Source of the DNA: Thainema sp.
GTDB lineage: Bacteria; Cyanobacteriota; Cyanobacteriia; Phormidesmidales; Phormidesmidaceae
NCBI GenBank assembly: GCA_052168235.1
Contig: JBQLZK010000007.1
Location: 1 to 64,000, forward strand
DNA: 64,000 nt
Reading direction: 5' to 3'
Shown here: piece after piece, positions 21,657-33,200 of the stretch
How the letters are laid out: the number at the start of each line of letters is the position of its first letter
How positions within the stretch are numbered: position 1 is the first letter of the stretch
Translations under genes and position numbers: made by a program
The notes under the pieces: generated by a model
The model's database searches: none
Seen by the model: the letters and a program-made list of their open reading frames with translations, nothing else
Told to the model about the DNA's origin: nothing

Positions 21657-21708
21657 ACAGAGGCAGATAGCCATTTGCCCCTGCCTAGCCATGAATGGCT
21701 GGGGTCAC

Positions 21709-23856
21709 TTAGTTCGCCGCTGCTGCTCGTGCTGCGGCTGCTTCGTCAGGATGAATGTTTAACCGAGTCAGGTTAATCCGGCCCTTGTTGTCGATGTCGC
21801 GAATCTTGACGATCACGTCTTCGCCCACTGACAATTCATCTTCAACTTTGCCAACGCGATAATCGGCAATTTGTGAGATGTGAATCATCCCTTCTTTACC
21901 AGGTAGTACTTCCACAAAGGCACCGATAGGAATAATGCGCGTCACCTTACCCGCGTAGACCTCGCCCGCTTCTAGCTTCTTGGTCATACCCTGAATAATT
22001 CGCTGGGCTTTCTCCGCACTCTCCCCGTCGATAGAGGAAACTGTAACGGTACCGTCATTATCGATATCGACCTTTGCGCCAGTCTGCTCAGTAATACCCT
22101 TAATCGTCTTACCGCCAGGGCCAATCACCATCCCGATCTGATCGGGATCAATCTTGAAGCTAATCAGACGTGGTGCATAAGCTGAAAGCTGGGGCCGAGG
22201 CTGATTAATCGTTTCGAGCATCTTGCTGAGGATGTGCAGACGAGCGGGTTTAGCCTGATGAATTGCATCAGCGATTACCTGCATAGGTAATCCCGTAATC
22301 TTCATATCCATTTGCAGCGCTGTGATACCGCTATCAGTACCTGCCACCTTGAAGTCCATGTCGCCCAGGAAGTCTTCGATGCCCTGGATGTCAGTTAAGA
22401 TGCGAACCTCGTCGCCTTCTTTAATCAGACCCATCGCCGCACCGCTGACGGGCTTGGAAATGGGCACCCCGGCATCCATCAGAGACAAAGTGGAACCGCA
22501 CACGGAACCCATTGAGGTGGAACCGTTGGAAGATAAAACCTCGGAAACCACCCGAATCACATACGGGAAATCAACTTGATCCGGTAAAACGGGAACCAGT
22601 GCCCGCTCAGCTAGCGCACCGTGACCAATCTCACGCCGTCCCGGAGAGCGCATTGGGCGCGTTTCCCCGACAGAGTAAGGTGGGAAGTTGTAGTGGTGCA
22701 GATAGCGCTTCTGCTCGTCGGGATGCAAGTCATCCATTTCTTGAGCATCGCCCGGCGTTCCCAGAGTGACAACCGACATCACTTGAGTCAAGCCCCGTTG
22801 GAACAGACCGGAACCGTGCACCCGTTTGGGCAGTAGCCCCACCTGACAGGAAATGGGTCGCACTTCGTCCAGTTTGCGGCCATCCACGCGCACATTGTCG
22901 TTGATGATCTGCGCCCGCATCAGCTGCTTGGTGACACTCTTGAAAACCTTGCCAACCGCCTTCGGATCTTCCACCGTAGCTAGATAAACCGGATTTTCGT
23001 CCGGTAATTCTTCAATTTCAATCGCGATTTGCTCTTTGACTTTGTCTAGCTCAGCGTCCCGCTCAGCCTTGGTGTACTTAAACTGAGTCAGAATGCTTTT
23101 AATCGGATCAGTGGCGCGATCGCGGATAAAGTCCTCCAGCGTCGAATCCACCTCTGGTGGTTCTTCCGTGACGATTTCTAGACCTAGCTCAGCGAGAATT
23201 TCCTTCTGCGCTTTGATTAAATCCTGAACAACCTCATAACCGAAGTCGATGGCTTCGATCATGTCCTGTTCCGGTAGCTGATTTGCACCAGCTTCCACCA
23301 TGATTACGCCATCGGGCGAACCCGCAACGATCAGATCCAAATCCCCCTTCTCGACTTCATCGTAGGTGGGGTTAATTACAAAATCGTCGCCCAGCAAGCC
23401 GACGCGCACGGCAGCCATTGGCCCCTTAAACGGAATCTGCGCCAGCAGCACCGCCATTGACGCAGCGGTCACAGCCAGAACGTCCGGCGGCACGCCCTCA
23501 TCCATTGATAAGGTGGTGGCAACAATCTGAATATCATCCCGCAGCCACGAGGGAAATAGAGGCCGCATGGGGCGGTCAATCAGACGGCTTACTAGAGTCG
23601 CTTTTTCAGGGGGACGACCTTCTCGCCGCAGGAAGCCGCCAGGGATGCGTCCGGCAGCGTAGAGCCGCTCTTCGTAGTCAACTAGTAGAGGTAAAAAGTC
23701 AATCCCTTCACGACCACCCGACCGGGTCGCTGTCACCAAAACAGCGGTGTCGCCGGATTCAATTAACACCGAACCACCTGCCTGAGGTGCGAGCAGGTTT
23801 AACCGGAGCCGAATATCCCGTCCATCAATGGATATCGACTTTTCAATTTCTGCCAT
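21709..23856 (-). CDS. pnp: Polyribonucleotide nucleotidyltransferase
   Basis: [25 protein letters not shown] and S1 domains. Confidence 0.99.
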   Translation of the reverse strand: MAEIEKSISIDGRDIRLRLNLLAPQAGGSVLIESGDTAVLVTATRSGGREGIDFLPLLVDYEERLYAAGRIPGGFLRREGRPPEKATLVSRLIDRPMRPLFPSWLRDDIQIVATTLSMDEGVPPDVLAVTAASMAVLLAQIPFKGPMAAVRVGLLGDDFVINPTYDEVEKGDLDLIVAGSPDGVIMVEAGANQLPEQDMIEAIDFGYEVVQDLIKAQKEILAELGLEIVTEEPPEVDSTLEDFIRDRATDPIKSILTQFKYTKAERDAELDKVKEQIAIEIEELPDENPVYLATVEDPKAVGKVFKSVTKQLMRAQIINDNVRVDGRKLDEVRPISCQVGLLPKRVHGSGLFQRGLTQVMSVVTLGTPGDAQEMDDLHPDEQKRYLHHYNFPPYSVGETRPMRSPGRREIGHGALAERALVPVLPDQVDFPYVIRVVSEVLSSNGSTSMGSVCGSTLSLMDAGVPISKPVSGAAMGLIKEGDEVRILTDIQGIEDFLGDMDFKVAGTDSGITALQMDMKITGLPMQVIADAIHQAKPARLHILSKMLETINQPRPQLSAYAPRLISFKIDPDQIGMVIGPGGKTIKGITEQTGAKVDIDNDGTVTVSSIDGESAEKAQRIIQGMTKKLEAGEVYAGKVTRIIPIGAFVEVLPGKEGMIHISQIADYRVGKVEDELSVGEDVIVKIRDIDNKGRINLTRLNIHPDEAAAARAAAAN

Positions 23857-24085
23857 TTAGAACTCTGTCCTTTTTTTCTTTCAACCTTTCTTCTTCTTGG
23901 CAAATCCTAGCATTGATACTGAAAGGCTGGACTGAACTATCACTAAACCCTTGACTTTTGTATCTGTTCGTGAGCGTGATGCAATCAAGCTCAACATATA
24001 TTCAACTATTAGGCTACCTACTCATTTTGCTGGGTTCATGGTTAATGTAGCGCGCTGTACCAGCCGCCTGGAGCTGAAACATGAC

Positions 24086-24931
24086 CTAGTGCTTCAGCAA
24101 GTCTTTAGCTTCATTCAGTTGATTTTCCCAAACTCGTTCCCACAGGATAATTAGCAAAATTCCCGCCGTCATCAGACTAAACAGACCAGCGATCGCAAAT
24201 TCACTGATAAACGGATGAACGCCGAGAGCGATCACCATTTCAGAAACGGCTAGGTAAGCAAAGTACAAAAAAATGCTGAGTTCTATCCAGGAACCAATCG
24301 CCGTAAACCGAGCTAATCCTCGTGGATCATCAAATTTATTGTCCTGCCAGTGTCTGCGAAGTGCGATCGCAGGCCACGCACTCAGCATCACCAAACCAAA
24401 TACGACTAGGCCCACCAGAGGGAAACTGCCTAGCACCTGGGCTTGAGTCCACTGAGCAGTCGCAGCAGTTTTGCCGGGACCTGTCACCAGCGCATCAATG
24501 GAAACCGCCCAAACCGCTGCCCAAAATTTAGAGTGATTCGCCAAAAACTGGTAGAAAAAATCGTTGTCGACCTCGGCTTCATCCTCCTCATCGCTATCGC
24601 CACCTAGACCAGCGATTTCCCGGAGCACTTCAGCAATAAACCAAACCATCACCAAAAACCCCACCCCATAAATGCCCGCTTTTAGCGATGGGAAAGAACT
24701 GGCCGCATACCACAGCCCAATCAGCCCAATCATGGGAAAGACAGTGTGCGTCAACCCAATTGCAGCGGCCCAGGTTAAAGCATCCCGGATACTTTCAAAG
24801 CGCCGAAATCGGCCAACGGTAGCAATTACAGCATCAGCAGCAATCCCCACACCAATCGCGCCGTTAATCAGAAGATACTGTACATTTCCGGACGGATAGA
24901 CCACAACCAGCAAAACTCCATTTTTTCCCAC
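24086..24931 (-). CDS. Membrane protein, distantly MntP/LysE-like (start uncertain)
   Basis: Two half-repeat motifs GIAADA and AVSIDA, acidic central loop DSDEEDEAEVD, about 6 TM segments; the ORF-track start 25126 overlaps mntC. Confidence 0.6.
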   Translation of the reverse strand: MGKNGVLLVVVYPSGNVQYLLINGAIGVGIAADAVIATVGRFRRFESIRDALTWAAAIGLTHTVFPMIGLIGLWYAASSFPSLKAGIYGVGFLVMVWFIAEVLREIAGLGGDSDEEDEAEVDNDFFYQFLANHSKFWAAVWAVSIDALVTGPGKTAATAQWTQAQVLGSFPLVGLVVFGLVMLSAWPAIALRRHWQDNKFDDPRGLARFTAIGSWIELSIFLYFAYLAVSEMVIALGVHPFISEFAIAGLFSLMTAGILLIILWERVWENQLNEAKDLLKH

Positions 24932-24973
24932 GAAATCCACAATAGCCCGAATTAGGGTAGACCATTTGTCAAT

Positions 24974-25009
24974 TATGAGATAAATATGAAATATGAAACG
25001 ATTATGAAA
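24974..25009 (+). promoter_or_regulatory. Putative ManR boxes upstream of mntCAB
   Basis: TATGAGA/TATGAAA at 24974, 24985, 24992 and 25003, forming two pairs with 11-bp period. Confidence 0.65.
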
Positions 25010-25025
25010 TAAGTTCTCATTTTCT

Positions 25026-26015
25026 ATGGCAACGTTTTTTTCCCCTAAAAGCATGCTTCTAGCAGCTGGTCTAATGCTGGGCGTATGGCTAGCGGGCTGC
25101 ACCACCAACCAGGTTACGGCTCCCACCGATTCCTCTAGCAGTGCTCAAACCGCTACCAGTACGGACGCTGAAACTGAAGGCAAAAAAAAGGTTTTGACCA
25201 CATTCACTGTTTTGGCCGACTTAGCGCAAAACGTAGCGGGAGACAAACTAGCCGTCGAATCTATTACCCGCATTGGAGCCGAGATCCACGGCTATGAGCC
25301 GACTCCCAGCGATATTGCCAAAGCCCAGGATGCTGACCTGCTGCTCTACAACGGGATGAATCTGGAGCGCTGGTTTGAACAATTCTTGGGCAATGTGGAG
25401 GATGTGCCATCCGTGCTGCTCACAGAAGGGATTGAGCCTATTCCCATCGCCGAAGGGCCTTACACCGACAAACCCAACCCTCACGCCTGGATGTCGCCCC
25501 GTAATGCCATCATCTACGTCGAAAATATCCGCAAAGCTTTTGTGGAACTCGATCCTGAGAATGCTGAAACCTACAACGCCAATGCCGCAGCCTATAGCGA
25601 GAAACTGAGGGCCATTGATGCCCAGCTCGTAGCTGACCTAGAGCAGGTACCTGCTAATCAACGCTTTTTGGTGAGCTGCGAAGGCGCGTTTTCATACCTG
25701 GCGCGTGACTACAGCATGAAAGAAATCTACATGTGGCCAATTAACGCCGAGCAGCAATCTACCCCTAAACAAGTCCAAAACGTCATTGAGCAAGTCAAAG
25801 CAAATGACGTGCCCACCATCTTTTGCGAAAGTACGGTGAGCGATGAGAGCCAAAAACAGGTCGCACAGACGACAGGAGCCCGATTTGGCGGCAATCTCTA
25901 CGTCGATTCTCTCTCCGCCCCAGAAGGCCCTGTACCCACCTTTTTAGACCTACTGGAATACGACGCCCGCGTCATCTCCAACGGCCTACTCGCGGGCAGC
26001 AAAACTCAGCAATGA
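25026..26015 (+). CDS. mntC: Mn ABC transporter substrate-binding lipoprotein
   Basis: Lipobox LAGC, EIHGYEPTP, NPHAWMSP, CEGAFSY, VDSL. Confidence 0.92.
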   Translation: MATFFSPKSMLLAAGLMLGVWLAGCTTNQVTAPTDSSSSAQTATSTDAETEGKKKVLTTFTVLADLAQNVAGDKLAVESITRIGAEIHGYEPTPSDIAKAQDADLLLYNGMNLERWFEQFLGNVEDVPSVLLTEGIEPIPIAEGPYTDKPNPHAWMSPRNAIIYVENIRKAFVELDPENAETYNANAAAYSEKLRAIDAQLVADLEQVPANQRFLVSCEGAFSYLARDYSMKEIYMWPINAEQQSTPKQVQNVIEQVKANDVPTIFCESTVSDESQKQVAQTTGARFGGNLYVDSLSAPEGPVPTFLDLLEYDARVISNGLLAGSKTQQ

Positions 26016-26067
26016 CAATCAGCAATAACGAAATTCCATATATTTTGCATATTCACTGAACCTTTTA

Positions 26068-26107
26068 CCCCAATACCTAAAAGCCCAAAACCTAAGACCT
26101 AAATCCC
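26068..26107. repeat. Heptamer (STRR-like) tandem repeats
   Basis: CCCAATA CCTAAAA GCCCAAAA CCTAAGA CCTAAAA. Confidence 0.6.
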
Positions 26108-26887
26108 ATGCAAACAACCCTCCCAAAACTCGACATCTCCATCGACAACATCAGCGTCACCTACAGCAACGCTCGACTTGCCCTCTACAACGCCACCTGT
26201 ACAGTTGAACCCGGTACCATTACCGCCCTAGTCGGCCCTAATGGTGGCGGCAAGTCTACCCTGTTCAAATCCATTATGGGTTTTTTACAGCCCAGTCAAG
26301 GCCGTGTGCGGATTGGTGGCTTCCCCATCAAAAAGGCACAAAAGCAGCAGCTGATGGCCTACGTGCCCCAGTCTGATGAAGTGGACTGGAATTTTCCGGT
26401 GAGCGTATTTGACGTGGTGATGATGGGTCGCTATGGCTACATGAACCTGCTGCGCATTCCCAGCCCCAAAGATCGTCGCTTGGTGATAGAAAGCTTGGAG
26501 CGGGTGGGAATGGTGGAGTTTCGCCATCGGCAAATTGGAGAACTGTCGGGTGGCCAGAAAAAGCGAGCCTTTTTAGCACGGGCACTCGCGCAGGAAGGCA
26601 AAGTAATTTTGCTGGATGAACCCTTTACGGGAGTAGATGTAAAAACCGAGAAGGGCATCATCGACCTGCTCATGCAGCTCAGGGATGAAGGACACACCAT
26701 TTTGGTTTCGACCCACGACTTAACCTCAGTTTCAACATTTTGCGATCGCACTATTCTACTCAACCGCACGATCCTGGCCTCTGGCACCACCGAAGAAACG
26801 TTTACCGAAGAAAATCTCTCAATGACCTTTGGGGGCTTACCCGTTGCGTCCCTGCGACAACAGACGCACAAGGAGGCTGACGCGTAA
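26108..26887 (+). CDS. mntA: Mn ABC transporter ATPase
   Basis: GPNGGGKS, LSGGQKKR, LLDEP. Confidence 0.92.
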   Translation: MQTTLPKLDISIDNISVTYSNARLALYNATCTVEPGTITALVGPNGGGKSTLFKSIMGFLQPSQGRVRIGGFPIKKAQKQQLMAYVPQSDEVDWNFPVSVFDVVMMGRYGYMNLLRIPSPKDRRLVIESLERVGMVEFRHRQIGELSGGQKKRAFLARALAQEGKVILLDEPFTGVDVKTEKGIIDLLMQLRDEGHTILVSTHDLTSVSTFCDRTILLNRTILASGTTEETFTEENLSMTFGGLPVASLRQQTHKEADA

Positions 26888-27768
26888 TGGATCTGATTGC
26901 GACTTTTTCGCTCTGGAACTGGTTAGTAGAACCGTTGCAGTATGGATTTTTGATTAAAGCGATTTGGGTCAGCGCCTTTGTTGGCCTAGTCTGTGCCGTC
27001 CTCTCCTGTTACATTACTCTCAAAGGCTGGTCTCTCATGGGAGATGCTATTTCCCATGCCGTAGTGCCGGGAGTCGTAGTAGCCTATGCTCTCAATATTC
27101 CCTTTGCGATCGGCGCATTTCTGTTCGGCTTTGGGGCCACAGTGGCCATTGGTTACGTCAAATCCAAAACCCGCTTGAAGGAGGACGCCGTCATTGGCGT
27201 AGTGTTTACAGGCTTCTTTGCCTTAGGTATTGTGCTGGCGACGAAAATTCCCAGCAATATTGACCTGTTCCATATTCTGTTTGGTAATGTACTGGGCATC
27301 TCCCAATCAGACATCATTCAAACCTTGATTGCAGGCGGTATTACCCTAGTCGTCGTTTTGCTGAGACGCAAAGACCTGCTGCTATTTTGTTTTGACCCCA
27401 ACCACGCCAAGGCTATTGGTCTGAATACCCAGATCATGTACTACACATTGCTGTCGGTGCTGGCTCTAACCATCGTGGCCGCACTACAGACCGCAGGCAT
27501 CATTTTAGTCATCGCCATGCTAGTCACACCAGGATCGATTGCGTATCTGCTGACCGACCGTTTTGACCACATGTTAGGCATTTCCATTGTCAGCAGCGTT
27601 TTCTCTTGCGTAGCAGGCACCTACTTCAGCTATCACTTGGATATTTCAACGGGCGGTGCCATTGTAGTACTGCTGACCCTCCTGTTTATTGTGACCATGC
27701 TGTTTGCCCCCAAATATGGAGTTTTAGCCCAACCGTCTAAACATCCAATAAACCTAGGCCTCGACTGA
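26887..27768 (+). CDS. mntB: Mn ABC transporter permease
   Basis: SLMGDAISHAVVPG; TAATG stop/start coupling with mntA. Confidence 0.92.
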   Translation: MDLIATFSLWNWLVEPLQYGFLIKAIWVSAFVGLVCAVLSCYITLKGWSLMGDAISHAVVPGVVVAYALNIPFAIGAFLFGFGATVAIGYVKSKTRLKEDAVIGVVFTGFFALGIVLATKIPSNIDLFHILFGNVLGISQSDIIQTLIAGGITLVVVLLRRKDLLLFCFDPNHAKAIGLNTQIMYYTLLSVLALTIVAALQTAGIILVIAMLVTPGSIAYLLTDRFDHMLGISIVSSVFSCVAGTYFSYHLDISTGGAIVVLLTLLFIVTMLFAPKYGVLAQPSKHPINLGLD

Positions 27769-27819
27769 AGAGAAGGAAGGCGAGAGGAGTGAAGAGTGAG
27801 GAGTTAAAGGCTGCAAAGA

Positions 27820-27871
27820 CCCAACACCTAATACCCAAAACCCAGCACCTAGTACCCAAAACCTAAAATCC
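27820..27871. repeat. Heptamer (STRR-like) tandem repeats
   Basis: CCCAACA CCTAATA CCCAAAA CCCAGCA CCTAGTA CCCAAAA CCTAAAA. Confidence 0.75.
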
Positions 27872-27887
27872 ACCGCTCAGCCCTTCC

Positions 27888-27985
27888 TACTGGTTTATCA
27901 ACGTTGTTTTGGTGGGTTTTGATGGTTGATATGTCGCGCTTTGCGCGACATATCAACCATCAAAACTGATTTGACACAGCACTAC
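27888..27985. mobile_element. Miniature palindromic element with perfect 24-bp stem
   Basis: Stem 27916-27966 GTTTTGATGGTTGATATGTCGCGC-ttt-reverse complement; flank TGATTTGACACAGCACTA. Confidence 0.7.
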
Positions 27986-28138
27986 ATCCATCCCACAAAT
28001 TTCATCTGCCTCACAGATCCATAGACCAAATCTGTATTAAGGACGATCCGCAGCCTTGACCACAGAAAGAGGAGTTGGAGGCGCGAATCGAGGGAATATC
28101 GAATGAATTGAAATAAATAACGTTAACCAGGAAAAATC

Positions 28139-28231
28139 ATGCGACTCAACTTAACGCTGCTGTGGGTAACGCTGTCATTTGTGATAGTTGGAGCCATCAT
28201 GTTGCTGCTTCAGCCTCAAATCTCAGGATAG
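28139..28231 (+). CDS. Putative 30-aa single-pass membrane microprotein
   Basis: AGGA RBS; MRLNLTLLWVTLSFVIVGAIMLLLQPQISG*. Confidence 0.5.
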   Translation: MRLNLTLLWVTLSFVIVGAIMLLLQPQISG

Positions 28232-28321
28232 CGTCGGGAGCACGAGAATCTGCCAGCTCATTCCACGCAGTGAATTCTCGAACCGTTCCCCAAACTATGA
28301 TCAAAGTCACGATAGGTTGCG

Positions 28322-29965
28322 ATGACTGATTCCTCGGCCTCATCTCCCGCTGCGCTGCCTTGGTGGCGCGGAGCAGTACTCTACGAAATTTATCCCCGCT
28401 CCTTTATGGATAGCGACGGAGACGGTGTAGGCGATTTACCTGGCATCATCGCCAAGCTAGAGTACGTTGCCTCGCTCGGCGTTGACGGCATCTGGATTTG
28501 CCCGTTCTATCCGTCACCCATGAAGGACTTTGGCTATGATGTCGCTGATTACTGCGGCGTCGATCCTCGGTTTGGCACCCTGGATGATTTCCACCACCTG
28601 CTAAACCACGCCCACGAGCTGGGGCTGAAGGTCATTATCGATCAGGTTTGGTCACACACCTCTGACCAGCACCCCTGGTTTCAAACTAGTCATCAGAATC
28701 ACACCAATGAAAAGGCTGATTGGTACGTCTGGGCTGATCCTAAACCCGACGGCATGCCGCCCAACAATTGGCTATCTCGTTTTGGTGGCGTCGCCTGGGC
28801 TTGGGATAGCCATCGACAGCAGTATTATCTGCACAACTTTTTAGCGGCCCAGCCCGACCTCAATGTTCATCATCCCGCCGTGCAGGCGGCCCTGCTGGAT
28901 GTGGGTCGCTTTTGGCTGGAGTTGGGCGTTGATGGCTTTCGCTTTGATGTGGCCAATTACTTCATGCACGATCCGGCCTTACCGGATAATCCAGTGAATC
29001 CCAAGCCGATTCGACTGGAGAAACCCTACTTTCGGCAAATTCATCAGCACGATATCACGCAGCCGAAAAATCTAGATTTCGTTGAGCGTATTCGCCGGGA
29101 GCTATTTGACCAGTACCCTGGCACGATGGGCTTAGCAGAGATTTTGAGTGCCGACGAACTGGAGGTAATGGCCAACTATACGGCGCGCGATCGCAGATTT
29201 CATACTGCCTATAGCTTTGTTTTCTTCGGCCCCAAGCTGACACCATCACTGATTCGCCACGCAGTGGAAACCGTCTTTGAGCATGAACCAACTGCCTGGC
29301 CGGGCTGGGCCTTTTCCAATCATGATTCAATTCGTGCGGTCAGCCGCCTAGCTGGAGAAGATGGCGATCCTGCTGCCGCTAAGCTGCTGATTGTATTGGT
29401 CACAACCTTACCCGGCAACGGGTTCATTTACCAAGGAGAAGAACTAGGATTGCCCCACGGCGAAGTCCCCTTCGAGCGCATTATTGATCCGGCAGACATC
29501 GCCATGTGGCCACACCATCCTCGTCGCGATGGTGCCCGCACCCCCTTGCCCTGGCAAGCAGACCATCCCTACGGTGGCTTTTCCACAGTAGAACCCTGGT
29601 TACCTCTAGATGTACGCCACCGTCCGTTAGCAGTAGACCAATCTGAAGCAAATTCTCAGTCTTGTCTCTGGCTGACCCGTCGCTGGTTGGCTATTCGCAA
29701 CCTGCATTTGGCTCTACGACACGGCGAATTTCGCTTCATTCGAGCAGATGATGCGATTCTCTGGTTTGAGCGCTGGAACGAAACCGAAACGTTGACCTGC
29801 ATTTTCAATCTGAGCGCTGTAGAACAAACCGTATCTCTCGATGCACCACTAGGAGAATGCTTGATTGCCGAAGCAGCAGAAGTTAAACGCGATCGCATTT
29901 ATTTCAAACAGTATGGCTTTGCGGTTTGCCAAGAATTTCAGCCGCAAGAGGGTGGAAACTTATAA
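28322..29965 (+). CDS. GH13 alpha-glucosidase
   Basis: YEIYPRSF.DSDGDGVGD, QPDLN, DGFRFDVA, SNHD, YQGEELG. Confidence 0.95.
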   Translation: MTDSSASSPAALPWWRGAVLYEIYPRSFMDSDGDGVGDLPGIIAKLEYVASLGVDGIWICPFYPSPMKDFGYDVADYCGVDPRFGTLDDFHHLLNHAHELGLKVIIDQVWSHTSDQHPWFQTSHQNHTNEKADWYVWADPKPDGMPPNNWLSRFGGVAWAWDSHRQQYYLHNFLAAQPDLNVHHPAVQAALLDVGRFWLELGVDGFRFDVANYFMHDPALPDNPVNPKPIRLEKPYFRQIHQHDITQPKNLDFVERIRRELFDQYPGTMGLAEILSADELEVMANYTARDRRFHTAYSFVFFGPKLTPSLIRHAVETVFEHEPTAWPGWAFSNHDSIRAVSRLAGEDGDPAAAKLLIVLVTTLPGNGFIYQGEELGLPHGEVPFERIIDPADIAMWPHHPRRDGARTPLPWQADHPYGGFSTVEPWLPLDVRHRPLAVDQSEANSQSCLWLTRRWLAIRNLHLALRHGEFRFIRADDAILWFERWNETETLTCIFNLSAVEQTVSLDAPLGECLIAEAAEVKRDRIYFKQYGFAVCQEFQPQEGGNL

Positions 29966-30269
29966 ATGGCTGTAAATGGCTGCAAAGTCGCGTTCCTGGG
30001 GAAGCGCTGAGCGACTAAAAACTAAGCAGTGCCCCATGCTGTGGGCAAGCATCATCCTGAACAGGAAATATGCGATCGCACTTTTTGCCGACCCTGAGCT
30101 TTTGCCGCTTGCGATAGCAGCGAACTATAATAGTAGTACATAAAAACTATTATTATAGATTCTGCGTATGTCTGCTCAAGTTTCAAATCAAGACGGTAAT
30201 ATAAAGCTTCAGCGTCAGCAGCCCCGGCTGCGTCGTAGCCAACAACCTGAGCAAACCTCCTCATCACCA

Positions 30270-33200
30270 ATGGTTCAAGAGCCAAAGTTTCAGACCTATC
30301 TCGACCGTTTACCGCCGCAGAATATTGATGCCGAGGAGGCCATCTTAGGAGGAATTCTGCTGGATCCGGAAGCCATCACGCGGGTAATGGAAATCCTGCG
30401 CCCAGATGCCTTTTACATCAGCGGGCATCAGCAGATTTATAAAGCGATGCTTGCGCTCCACGGTCAGGGGCGACCGACTGACCTGATGAGCCTGACGGCT
30501 TGGCTAAAAGATCAAAATCAGCTAGAGAAGGTCGGTGGGCAGAGCCGCCTCGCGCAACTGGTTGATCGCACGGTCAGCGCGGTTAATATTGACCAGTACG
30601 CCGCTTTGGTGATGGACAAAGCCATTCGCCGCAAGATGATCCAAATCGGCGGCGAAGTGGCGCAGATGGGCTATGAGGGCGACGTGCCCCTAGAGCAAAT
30701 TCTCGATCTGGCGGAGCAAAAGGTTTTTAGTATCACCCAGGATCGGCCCACTCAGGGTTTGACCTCCACGTCTGATATTCTGACCGATACCTTTGCCGAC
30801 ATCGAAGGACGAGCCACGGGCATGGTGATGCCGGGGATTTCCTGCGGCTTTTATGATCTGGACGCGATGACTCAGGGTTTTCAGCGTTCTGACCTGATTA
30901 TCGCCGCAGGCAGACCGTCAATGGGTAAGTGCCTCAGCTATGACGCCGAGATTTTGCTTGCTGACGGCAGCATTAAAACCATTGCCGAAATTTATGCGGT
31001 TCAACAAGCTAATTTGCTGACGCTGGATAATCACTGGCGGTTTCAACTGACTCAGCCGAGTGCCTATGTCGATGATGGGGTTAAACCCGTTTTCAAAGTT
31101 CGAACTCGCTCCGGTCGCACAATTGAGACCACGCTCAGCCACCCTTATTTAACGATTCAAGGCTGGCAACCACTGGCAAATATGCAGGTTGGCCAAAAAA
31201 TTGCGGTGCCTCGCTCCTTACCCGTGTTTGGTCAGGACGTTTGGCCGGAGCATCAGGTTAAGCTGCTGGCTTATCTAATTGGCGATGGCTGTTTGACGGG
31301 GACTTCACCCCAGTTCACAAATCAGAATTCTCAGCTACAAGAGGAGTTCACCAACGCTGCTTTACAGTTTCCGGGTATCAAAGTTCGGCTTGAAACGTCT
31401 CAAGGTCAGCGTACGCCAACGCTATATGTCACATCAGACGATGAGCAAGTTCAGCAGCAGCGACTTGCGTTTGGACAAGCATTAAGGCAGCAGTTACAGC
31501 TAGCGGGCAAAACTGGCCGATGGTTAGCTGAACAGTTAGATGTTGCTCCATCCCTCGTGACGCATTGGTTACAAGGTGGCTGTGCTCCAAGTTTAGAGAC
31601 ATTTAATCAACTCTGTACGTTACTAGATGTCTCTCCAACTCATCTGGCCCCCAATGGTTTTGCTGCAATTCGTTGGATGAGTCCCAATTCCCTCACAGTG
31701 TGGCTGCAAGAGCAAGGTTTATGGGGTAAGTCTGCTCATCACAAAACAGTGCCAGATGGTGTGTTCAAGCTGGTGCGATCGCAGTTAGCTCTCTTTTTAA
31801 ATCGCCTATTTGCCACCGATGGTTGGGCGACGGTCTTAACCAGTGGACAAGCACAGTTAGGATTTGCTTCAGTTAGCGAAAAGCTGGCTCGCCAAGTTCA
31901 ACACCTACTCCTGAGGTTTGGCATTATTGCTCGGTTGAAAGCTCGTCAGGTCAAGTATCTCGACGGTCAGCGGCCCGCGTGGCAACTGGATATCACCGAT
32001 GCAAATTCCATCAAGACATTTATTAGTGAGATTGGCATTTTTGGCAAAGAACCTGCGATCGCAACTGTCCAATCAGCATTGATGAATCGTCGCTACCAGA
32101 CAAACCGGGATCTGATCCCAGTTGAAATCTGGGACGTGCTGCAAACGGCAAAAGGAACCGAGTCGTGGAAATCGCTAGCAACTCGTGCAGGACTTCAAGG
32201 CACCAGCAATATTCACGTTGGTCAGCGGGCGCTCAGTCGCGATCGCTTATTTGCACTGGCAACCGTGCTGGAACATCGGGAACTACAGGATATTGCTACT
32301 AGCGATGTGTACTGGGATGAAATTGTCGCCATTGAACCCCAGGGAGAAAAGCAGGTTTATGACCTGACTATTCCAGAAACCCACAACTTCGTCGCCAACG
32401 ACATCTGTGTTCACAACACCAGCTTTGTACTCAACATTGCTCGTAATATTGCCGCATTCCATAAGTTACCCGTGGCGGTCTATAGCTTAGAGATGTCAAA
32501 AGAGCAGCTCGTTTACCGGATGCTGTCAAGCGAGGTGCAAATCGAGAGCGGTCGCCTACGCGCCGGACGGATTAGCCAAAACGAGTGGGAACCTCTCGGA
32601 CACGGTATTAGTGGCCTGTCGCAGTTACCGATTTTTATTGACGATACACCCAATATTTCTGTGACCGAAATGCGCTCAAAAGCGCGTCGCCTTCAGGCAG
32701 AGTCGGGTGGCGCATTGGGTTTAATCTTGATTGACTATCTACAGCTCATGGAAGGCTCCGGTGATAACCGGGTACAGGAACTGTCGAAAATAACGCGATC
32801 GCTAAAAGGGATGGCACGAGAATTAAATGTGCCTGTAATTGCCCTATCTCAGCTCAGCCGAGGTGTTGAATCACGTACCAATAAACGCCCAATGATGAGC
32901 GACCTACGAGAATGCGTCACGGGTGACACGCTTGTGGTGCTGGCTGATGGTCGTCGAATGCCGATTCAAGAGTTGGTTGGCACAACCCCTGAAGTGATCA
33001 GCATGGACGCTAAGGGTAAATTGGTTAAAGCCGAGTCTGATTTAGTCTGGGCTGTTGGTCGTAAACCAATCTATGAGTTAAAGACTCGCAGCGGTAAAGT
33101 TCTCCGAGCAACCGCACAACATCGGCTCTATACCCTAGATGGTTGGCAGAGACTACAAGATCTGAAGCTTGGTCATCGGATTGCGGTTGCAAGGCAATTG

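Noticed and set aside
24047..24060. NtcA-like GTA-N8-TAC upstream of pnp
   Set aside because: GC-rich spacer and no supporting -10 element identified; likely chance.
24932..25126. N-terminal part of the 346-aa ORF 24086..25126
   Set aside because: It overlaps mntC and the AT-rich operator region, so it is an over-extended start.
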